Assembly (NCBI RefSeq): GCF_021869535.1
Contig: NW_026262734.1
Coordinates: 101,370,001 to 101,434,000 of the forward strand
Direction of reading: 5' to 3'
Source of the DNA: Mytilus californianus
Lineage: Eukaryota
DNA: 64,000 bases
Shown here: piece by piece, positions 25,590-36,000 of the stretch
Position numbering within the stretch: position 1 is the stretch's first letter
Layout: each line of letters opens with the position of its first letter
The notes under the pieces: generated by a model
The model's input: the letters and a program-made list of their open reading frames with translations, nothing else
What the model was told of the DNA's origin: nothing
Database searches by the model: none
Position numbers and translations under genes: made by a program

Positions 25590-27478
25590 GACCTTTTCAA
25601 CAACTCACGACACCGACTATTGACATCTACAGTTTACAGGAGAAATAGAGGGGTCGTATCAAAGATAAAAAATCATTCAGGTAGAACATGCATGTAACAT
25701 AAACGTAGTACTACATATTCGATTTAAACGGTATTATTAAAAAAAAACGGATATTGTGCAAATAGCTATTCTGGATTTTCTGTGTTTTTCCCCTTTCTTT
25801 CATATAATTCTTAATCATATGTAAAAAATATTTATAAACCATTTCTCTTTCAATTCTATAAATCTTTTAAAAAATCGGCAATCTATTCACATCCGAATCT
25901 ATTGCTTCTTCTCTTATGTAAATTAAATATAATTATTGATATCTAGTTGTACGAATTTTCCATGGAAGACTACTTCGCTTGCCAATAGCCGTTAACTCGT
26001 TTTGGGAATGTTATTTTATGACTCTACATTTTATCCTCCCCATAGTAACAATGTTACGGATAGGACATTGCAACTAGACTATCTGTCTGTCCGAAACGCG
26101 TCCAAAACACACTTGTGGACATTGTAGAGGTTGCGTCTCAGCAGATCTTCACTATACTTGTTGTACATATTGAATATAATTGACTGTTATAAGTTCCCGA
26201 ATGAATCAGACCTTGTCCCTTTGTTTTTGGTACATTTTTTCCGTTCCCGGACATAATCATTACGGGAAACACGTCTAGTATGTTGTAAGAAGCTATAACT
26301 GCTTACCCTGTCGGAGCACTTACGTTGATCCCAGTTTTACGGAGTCAGTGTTTTCTCATATAACTTTGGTCTTCTATGAGAAAATTGTCCTTTTCTCTTG
26401 TCTTCCGATTTTTTTTCTTTATTTTCCCTTTTGTTGATCTACGCTTTGGTTTTTTGGTCAATAGTATATTCTTTTCTCGTTAGAATTTTTAGTTTACAAT
26501 ATTATGCTACGGCCTTGGATTTTATCTCTTTGTTTTGTCGGAGCCGTTCAGATCTCGCTGCTTGGTACTGAATTCGAAGATCACGCGGTAACTCTGAATG
26601 TCAGGTTTGTGTGTTGAATCGTGTGATTTATTCGTGCCGTGTCCATTGTCCGTGCCTGCCTTTTCTCATTATTGTCAAAGTCTGTTTTGTGTAATTTGAA
26701 TTGAAAAAATATAACGAAAATATGAAATAGAACATTCGCCTTATCTAAATGTTCTGTCCATACACATTTAAGTTGAACATATAGCATGAGCGAATTAAAA
26801 AAAAACCCTACTAAGTATAAAGTACATTGTGAAGGCATCCGAGGCAAAAAAAATAACGGACTTTGTAATGACATGTGCCGCACTTGCCAATAGACATAAA
26901 ATAATTGTCTGTTTACATATTCACAAGTTTTTTTTCATTTTGATACCTTAAAGTAGCTAGATTCTCATCTTCTAAAAATATAGAATAGAATATTAAAGAT
27001 TTCCCTTTTATTTATTCATTAGGGTCTGGATGGGGGTCCCTCAACTCTGTATTCTCTTTTTTTTAAATATTTTTCTCTATTTTTCTTTTATTTTCCCCAT
27101 TATTCTCTATATTCTTTATTATAATTTAGAACCCCAGTATTCTCTATTCTTTATTTTTTGGGCCTATTTTTCTCTTTTTTTTTTACCATGATTTTGTAGT
27201 ATTGGTCTATTTATGTCTATTCTGTAAACCCCATCTAGACCCTTATTCGTACTCAATTTAAAATAAAATTAAAGAATTTAAATCAGTAAATGGTTTATAA
27301 CCAAAACAAGAAAAAATATCGTTATGGTGAATACAAATAGGCCGGTGAAACATTTTTTCCTTTCAATTCAGTTACTGATAACAATTATATCCAACCATTA
27401 CTACTTTGAGATGACCACTTACATCTAACCTGTCGTAGTCGTTGTCAACTGTAGGTGTAGATAATTGTTGAAAAGGTC
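25590..27478. mobile_element. 1.9 kb non-autonomous TIR element with TA target duplication, inserted in pPolB
   Basis: Imperfect ~36-bp TIRs GACCTTTTCAACAA... and ...TTGTTGAAAAGGTC, with TA on both flanks. Removing the element and one TA restores the pPolB frame (LSH-Y-*-EGSGLKLQ). Confidence 0.8.
27022..27242. mobile_element. PIF/Harbinger-type (Tourist-like) MITE nested in the TA element
   Basis: TIRs GGGTCTGGATGGGG and CCCCATCTAGACCC, with 3-bp TSD TTA at 27019-27021 and 27243-27245. Confidence 0.7.
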
Positions 27479-28229
27479 TAGTGGGACAGGTTCCTATGCA
27501 GATAAAGTTCCCATTTGTTGTCAAAACATTAATCACATGTTCTACATTTAAATGACTGTTTGGTATTCGTTGAAATGTTTTTGGCCACTGTTGAATTTTC
27601 ACTATGCATTTTTTGATGATTAAGTAATTCTTTCTTTTTCCAAAGCAGATGTGTTGACAATTTTCACATTTTATGCCCTTATTCCTTCTTTGAATTGGTT
27701 CTTCCTGTGAATAAGAAAAGGATCCGAAATTTAGAACCGTTAGCAGAAAGTAAGCGAAATATTTTTAAAACAATTACTAGTATATAAAATACTTCAGAAT
27801 GAAGTTTTGATTTTAAGGTTGTCTCTATTTGCCAACACGTGTGGCTTTTGGTCTTTTTTTGCTTCAATAAACATTGGCCTTAAAATGACTGAAAAGTAGT
27901 TTACATCCGGAACAAGAATGAATAAACATTTAATATCTTCATTATGTGTTTAATTCCATCTCTATTATAACAGATATAAATAGTAAGAATAATATGTTAA
28001 CTTTTCATTTTGTTTTGCTTGTGTTAAATAACTACTTCCAGGGATAGGGTTTGGACAGTCCGCATCAGAACTAATCTGAAATAAATGTATAGGTTTAGCT
28101 TCTTTGCATTGCATATGAAATGTGAAGTAAGCCAAAACTGTAAAACGTATTTTGGTTTCTAAAACATCAATCTAAGTTAAAAGTTAATAAATTGATTTGT
28201 ACGAATTTGAAATATCAAAAAGAAATTAC

Positions 28230-28490
28230 CTTTTTCTGACTATCTTTACATGTCTTCTCGTGTCTTATTCGGTTTGTGTTGAATGAAAATGAGAATTCGT
28301 TCCAACATTTTCGACAAGGAAACTTTTTGTTGGTCAACGTTGGCTTCGAAAGGTTTTCAATTTGCAACAAAAAATGTTAACTCATTATTATCAACTTTTC
28401 CTTGACACCTTTTTTCATGACGATTTCTGTTTCTTGTATTAGTAAACTTTGTGTTACACATCTTACAGAAAGTATTATTGACCAAGTTTC
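28230..28490 (-). pseudogene. C2HC zinc-finger coding remnants inside the Polinton, upstream of pPolB
   Basis: After acceptor ttttcag the minus strand reads FCKMCNTKFTNTRNRNRHEKRC, then FPCRKCWNEFSFSFNTNRIRHEKTC in a shifted frame. Confidence 0.55.
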
Positions 28491-31250
28491 CTGAAAAAAT
28501 TAACAAAAATTAACACAAAACATATAACAACTTAAAAAAGAACAAAAAAGTGATGAAATTAAAATTGACGATTGTCTCGAAATGGATTAAACTATGGGAT
28601 TTAATATAACAGTGAATTACATGTACCTTTTCTTTTTTTTATGAATAAATTCTTCAATTACTGATAATCAGCAACTAAAATTCCTCGGACCTCTGCTGTA
28701 CAGATTCCACATTTTAACGTTTTCCTCTCTCCTTCCGTGAAATCTGTTCTTCTGCATGAAAAAGAACATCATTCCGATTCATTATGGAAAATTTCGTAAT
28801 CGAGTTCTGTTAAACTGTTATAATTGTTTTTTTAACTTTTTTTAACGTAAACCGATTTGTTTTTGGTTACTAAACCTTTAAAAAAACGAATAATCAGACC
28901 GTTAAAGCAAAAAATCATTTGCCCGTGTGTGAACAACTTATTACTTATTTAACAATTTATCATAAAATAATCAATCTCAGAATTCAATATAATTAAGGAT
29001 CCCAATAATCCTTCAGATGATAATATAACAGGTCCCACGTTGAAAATTGAAAGATTACATATCTTAAATATGTTTTCACACATCTTATTCAAACAATGCT
29101 TATTGTTTCTCACTCTTACGTTTGGAACCCCTTATTACTTATTTTAAACAAAATCATTTAAATAACCAATCTTAAAATTCAATCTAATTACGGGTCCTAA
29201 CAATCCATCAGATGATCATATCACAGGTCCTAATAATACTTCAGATGATCAAGCAACCATCAATCATGATCATGATCTTGATTTGGGTTCGAATTGCTAT
29301 AACGTATTCTACTGCTTGTTTATATGCATGATAATTCTGAATCATTATGAATAAGATTTAAGGATAAAAGATCATAGGAATATAGCACACAAATATAGGT
29401 CACTGCTGGTGGTGGTTTCCTCCTCGGGGCTACCTACAGCTCAGTAGTCAACACTTTTATGTTTTGTGTTATGTGTTATTATTGATACGGTCATAATTAT
29501 AAAGTAACTGTTAACAAAACTTTGAATTATGCGTAATACTAAGGATTTTTTGCCCTAGGAATAGATTACCTTAGCTGTATTTGGCAATATCTTTTGGAAT
29601 TTGGGTCCTCAATGCTCTTCAACTTTATACTCTAATTGGCCTTCTTAACTTTTTTTTATTCGAGCGTCACTGACGACGTTTTAAAAACATCCATCCATCA
29701 TCGTCATGTAATATTTACATGTATATGTATATTGTTCAAATGATGAATATGTTCTTGATAAAAAGTTAAACATTACTAATTTTTTCAAATTTTGCAGATA
29801 CCGAAAATTGATATAAAACATAAAATATTTGTAACTCAGCTTCCTTTGCATAGCAGTAGACAAATTCTGGATGATATTAACTATATAGTGTTTCAGAGAA
29901 AATATATTTCATATTTTTACACTATGTACCGCTGATAATCATGAACTATTGGCATAAAACAATTGATGCCGTCTCTATTATAGTATACCCTTGCTTTCTG
30001 AAGTCGATGGAATAAAGTGAGGACGGAGGACGTTCGGTCGTCCTTTCGTCTTCCCTTTCTCTTATGCATCCGTAACTACTTGACGACAAATGTTTGTGTA
30101 ACTTTCTCAGAATCTTCAGCATATAATAATGCCACGACTTTGCATTGCGGGAGAGTACCAATTTGTGAGCTTTGCCAAAAAAACGTATACTTTAGTTCTA
30201 TTCTAATATTAAACATATAAACTTTAAATGTCCTGTTGGAACGATTTTAACAATAGCATTGTCCTTACATAAACTTCACACTGACAAGAACCTTCTCAAA
30301 TTGCATTAGACAAGGAACATAGAATACCAGTTAAATATAAAATTTCACACGATATAAAACTAACAGTATTTAATTACAGTGGATACTTTGTCCAGAAAAT
30401 CAAACAGTACAATGCGTTTTCGAGTACACAGCGACGGGTAATAGGTGCTATGTACGCAGAAAATCTGGACTTCTTTCAAACGGAAGAATCATGATTTCCT
30501 GTTTGTTTGGTTTTTTTTTCTTCATTTTATCAGTGGAATAAATCTTTTTACAACAGATGATAAAATCATATAACTTCATATTTAATCAAAACAACTTATC
30601 ATAATCCTCATTACGTGTTGTGCGTAACAATAAAAAGTGCAATGAAGCAATTAAATCTTACATTTTAATAACATAAACGGAACCAATTTTTACTGCACCA
30701 GATGCGCATTTTCAACAGTTAATGTCTCTTCGATAATGCTCGGGGCCAAAATATTTGAAAATTTAAAATATAATACAAAAAATTAATGGTTGAAGAGTTG
30801 ATATAACATTGACGGTCGCTATAGTTCTCTAAAAAATCATTTCAGAGGACATAATTATTCACTTTAAAATTGAAGATCGGCATAACTTATATGAAAAACA
30901 TACAGGTTAGATTTGAGAATGATTATTTTGTTCAAATATTATTTTGAATCGTGTACAAAAACATCAGCAATAGAACGCTGAAATAAGATGATGATGATGA
31001 TTTGGACAATACAACAAAACCAACACAATCAAAATGCAATGTAAAGCATAAAATGGTCACAAAATAAACCAATACATTAAGAAAGGCAAAAAAAATAAAT
31101 AAAACATAGTCAATCAGTAAATGAAGAAAAACACGTCAAACCAAAATTAAAGCACTGACATTTTTCAATTTGAAGTTCAACAAAAATGATATTATTTTAG
31201 GTATATGCATGAAAACACAGGCTATCTATATACAATTATGAATAACAGGA

Positions 31251-31470
31251 GAGACCTAGTTGGCCGAGTAGTATTAGTAGTCACTACTTTGACAACACTG
31301 GTGTTGTGAGTTCGAGTGCGCTCGACTAGGAACTTAATTGACTATGATTACCATTGTTTCTACCGAGAGTCGTTGGTCCTATCCCAGTAATCCGGCTTTC
31401 TCCATAATGAAAACTTGCTGCCACAATATAGCCAATAGTGCTGAAAGTGGCGTTAAAATTCAACAAGCCA
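31251..31470 (+). mobile_element. tRNA-derived SINE (degenerate)
   Basis: A-box-like TGGCCGAGTAG, B-box-like GTGAGTTCGAGT, and a 3' tail GCCACAATATAGCC...GAAAGTGGCGTTAAA typical of mollusc SINEs. Confidence 0.65.
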
Positions 31471-33085
31471 TCCATTCATATAGACAGTATATCAGCAAAA
31501 GATGTTTACTAGTAATAGCTATAGTCCACTCGACGGAAAAGTATTATGTATACTCTTGAATTAATAAATACACAATGCAATTTGCCACGTAATAAATATT
31601 TTCAAGGGCATTTTATAACTCTTTTTAAAAAAGCTGATCGGCACTGATTTATGAACTTGTCAGAAAAATTACTGATATACACAAATTTAATATAAATTTA
31701 ATAAAAATCTGACAAGTATTGTGCACGTGAGAGCGCTTACAATTCAATTTTCCATATAATTGATATTTCATAGGTACATAACTGTTTATAAAATAGTTGA
31801 TCGGCACTGATTTTCGAATATGTCCGAGACATTGTTGATTTAAACATTTGATATAAATTTGACAACAAGCTGGCATTTCGGCCAAAATCTGGCAAGAAAT
31901 TATGCACGTGAGAGAGCTTACAAGATCCGGCTGACGGAGGACCGGACGGACGTCCAGTATTTGTATTCCACCCGCAAAAAAAGAAACAAAATCTGAGTGG
32001 ATCATATGAACTAAAAATTGAGCAAGAACGGCGCGTCGAAGGATAAGCGTCTCCTGCTATAAATGCAATAACATATATGCAAACAAAACACTATTTGTTA
32101 TAAGTGCGAGTCTGTGACTCTTTTTGCCTATAATCTCGTAAGTCATGAACTTTTCAGTATAACTTACGATCAACCTTAGTCCCAAGGTTTTTTTTTTGTG
32201 AATAGAACCCCTGAATATGGGTTTACAGAATAAAGCAAAATGGGCGAATACAATAAAGAAAACAGAAAATAGCAAAAAATAAAGAATAAAGAATTATTAT
32301 ACGGTGCTAAGTAAAAAGATACCCCCAACTAGTCCATACCATTACAAGTAAGTGTTGTTTCAAAAACTAAAATAGGAAACAAGTGTGACAATTGGAACGG
32401 ACAATACATCCTTGCTTATAAGTTATGACAGGGCACATTAAGTTATAAGTTATGACAGGGCACATTAAGTAGTACCATCCATTCTTATTATTTACATATT
32501 CTATTTAAGGAGGAAAGAATTTCAAAACAATTGAAATTGATGCATTGTGTCTCATCAATTGAACAATGGAAACATATCTGTTATGTCAGTATCTCGCCAT
32601 ATATTTTTTGCAATTAAAACCAAAGTAACAATAAAATATGTTCTCATCGCATGTAAATTTTTAGATTGTGCTTCAAGTCAAAGCGTGAATAATACAAAGA
32701 CGTGTGACCTTTGTAAAATGTTGTATTACGCACTTTCAGTTTGACCTTTTAGACCTTTGCCAGTGGTAACTATTGGTTGTATGCCTCAGTGACGGAAATA
32801 CAACGTCTCTAATTTATTTAATTTTTTTGGGGGGTAATCAGTCTTTCTTTTTTAAATTTTCATTTTTTGTATCAATTTGTACGTTTAAATACATGTATAT
32901 GTATACCTTTTCATTTCACTTTTGACAGTTACGAAACAATGAATAATACATTATATTATATTGACAAAACATGAACTCTTGTTCGCACTTAACCATCTAT
33001 CATAGTCAGTTTTATCTGTCTTAAACTGGTGTAAAAACAACTTCTAATTTACACACTATAACAACAAAATTATTGTGGACGCAAG

Positions 33086-36000
33086 ATGCAGCAATTCGTC
33101 GTCATTTGTTTATTGGTTATGCTACCAATTTTTATTGCTCAAGGAAGAAGGCCGAAGAATGGAGCTAAACAAGGTAAGAAGGCCTGATGTTTAGGTTCTT
33201 TGAAAATAAAACGCTCACATGACAAAACTTTTGTATTGCTGAAGAGAAATTAATTTCTGACAAATTTAACTTTGCCATCGAATGGCTTTGTTTTCATCAT
33301 TCCCCTGAAGTTTCAAAATTTTCGCCTTCGAGTTTGAAGAGAAAATATTTTTGATTAGCCAATAAAAGTACAAAATGCCTCTGGCAGACATGTTTGTTAT
33401 TAGATCGTAATCAAACGAAGGGCATATGTAAAAGGTTTTTTTACTAACTATATTCTTGCAAGGTTTGATTGAAATTGACCCATGCCTGTTTGTGTAGACA
33501 GGAAGAGAAATTGTGTTTTTCTATATGGTTTAAATGGGAACACTGTCGCTAATGCCAATGCAGCCATGTAAGCCATCTGACCAACATCAATGAGGATATC
33601 TCGTTTCTCAATTCATTTCAAAATAGCGTTTTATATATGTCTACAGTTTTGGTATCCTTACAATTCACAAAATAGTCACTGATAAGCAAACGTGAGTACA
33701 TGTACGAGAGGAAAATCATGATTTGAGCTCTGTCGGATAGAAATCGACCTTATGCAAATGCACGTATACATGTACATGTATGAGGCTTTGATTGATTTTT
33801 TAAATTCAAATACGAAATAAAAGATGACTTTTGGTCTGTTTTGTAGATTTTCTTACAAAAGCTCAATTTTCGAATAGTTACAGAATTTCAATAGAGATTT
33901 TTCAACGCGAAATAGGTTTACAGATATGATAAGTATTCATTTGCATAAGGTCGATTTCTATCCGACGTAGACTGGTTCCCGATCGCAATATTCAGTATGT
34001 TACACATATATATATACAAATATAACGTGACAGTGTATGGCTATCAGCTAATAGCTGCGGTCTTTTTCACAAAAAATCTTAAGAGTAAAAATACTCATAA
34101 GTAATACACATTTCAGTATAACTTACGATCAATTTTAATCGTAAGATTTTTTGTGAAAAGTGTCGCAGGAACGTAGTCACGGGAACCAGGATATATCAGA
34201 CGCGGCCCATTTGTTTACCTTTGAGTTAGTGTATTGGAAAAAAAGTGTAGTATCGCAAGGTTACACAGAGCATAAAAATACCGCTGTCCATTAAATGCTT
34301 ACGACGGAACTTGAGTACAAAATATTTAATATGTTACCATTCGATCGTTCGTTGATATATTTAAACGCATTGTAACATCCTGGAGGCATACACTCAATCT
34401 ATACATACGCGGCATAATTTAATAAAGAGGCGGAATATACCAAGGAAACATTCAAAACTCATCAGTCAAAGAGCAACTGTCAACGCCATACAAAAACAAA
34501 CGAGAGAATAAATGCGAAACAACAGACAAGTCCACAAAACACTACATATATATAAAACTAAAGTCCGAGCAACACGATCCCTACCAAAAATCGGGAACGA
34601 TTTCAGATGCTCCGGAAAGGTACGCAGATCCTATTCCACCCTTTATGTTTCAAGAAATATTAAGCTTAAGAAACAAAAGCTTTTATTTTTTCTAAGTGAT
34701 ACTGTTAACATTTAATATGTGCTATTTCTGAATGACTGTTTTGTGATACTAATTACAATTTGAGAATCCTGAGTACTACATGAGTAAGTATTTCAATGTT
34801 GTGTGCCTTTGGCAACAGAGTAAATTGTATGGTTTGAAGTACAGAAAAATAGAATGGAATTTTTCAAACTTATTACGTGCTTCAATGATGATTTACATCC
34901 AACGGTTCCTTTAAATCATGTGTGGTCAAACTTACATAAATGTTCGTTTAACATGTTTAAGAATTAAATTAGAAGAATGTCTAGTTTGAAATAACATTTA
35001 TAGTATAAACTAATAGTTAACGATATTTTCAATGCATTAAAAATTCCTTTGTAATTGTTTCGTATTTCTTACCAAAATCTTTTTTTTTTATTATTTGTTT
35101 TTTATCCTGTGTTGTTAATTATATATGTTGTATTTTTTAATTTTTCAGACACCCGGGCTGATATTAGAAAATGTCGTGATTGTAGACGATTCTTTAAAGG
35201 GGATAACTTCCAGCTGTGTCTAAAGTTATTTTGCAGCAGTAAGGTTTTACGAAGAAATAATATATAGATATAGGAAGATGTGGTATGAGTGCCAATGAGA
35301 CAACTCTCCATCCAAGTTACAATTTATAAAAGTAAACCATTATAGTTCAAGGTACGGCCTTCAACACGGAGCATTGGCTCACACCGAACAGCAAGCTATA
35401 AAGGGCCCCAAAAAATTACTAGTGTAAAATATGTATGGATTATTGCAATATGTTCTGCATATAGACATTGATAAACCCTAATTGCGAATTAAACAAACAA
35501 ACAAAAAACATTATAGGAAACATTTTAAGTAAACGTTTTAAAACCTGAAATAATAATTACATTTTGTATGATTAAAAGAATAGTACTGTACACGTATAAG
35601 AAAATTTCACTCAGAAATAATACGATTTTAATCAATTATTTGTTATAAGACTATAGGCATAAAATTGACTACAGTTCTAAGCTGTCAGTTTATTTTCGAC
35701 TTATGAGTTTGAATGTCCCTTTGGTATCTTTCGCCTCTCTTTTTTCTAATATATTGTGGTATACGAGTTGAATGGGGGGAGGGGGAGAATAAAGTTAATG
35801 TAAAGTATTTTTAAAAAACTCTCCAAGACTTGTCATTGGAATATTCAAGGAGAGGGGCGAAAGATACCAAATGGACATTCAAACTCATAAGTCGAAAATA
35901 AACTGACAACGCCATGGCTAAAAAAGAAAAAGACAAACAGGCAAACAATAGTACACAAAACACAACATAGAAAACTAAAGACTGAGCAACACGAACCCCA

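Larger units (their letters stand above)
22375..27560 (-). pseudogene. Protein-primed family B DNA polymerase (Polinton pPolB) pseudogene, split by a nested insertion
   Basis: Fragments in order on the minus strand: C2H2 finger FKCRTCDxCFDNKWELYLHRNLSH (~27490-27560), GSGLKLQTPPW, HRPISVSVCSN, VLGFNSARYDLNLLK, FLDITNYL...KGFFPYEF, IVGGPSIIF, PRRSLIGGMKARKILL, LDLPIQLGFF, YIEMDTDSAY (22381-22410). Many stops and frameshifts. The KxxxNSxYGK motif is not found. Confidence 0.9.
21392..29313. mobile_element. Decayed, internally deleted Polinton/Maverick DNA transposon
   Basis: Termini AGTAGCATATGTTATAGC... and ...GCTATAACGTATTCTACT. Imperfect TIRs at ~21392-21733 and ~29037-29313. Perfect 6-bp TSD GCTTGT at 21386-21391 and 29314-29319. 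Contains a protein-primed PolB remnant. AG-rich termini, a 6-bp TSD and pPolB are the established Polinton signature. Confidence 0.92.
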
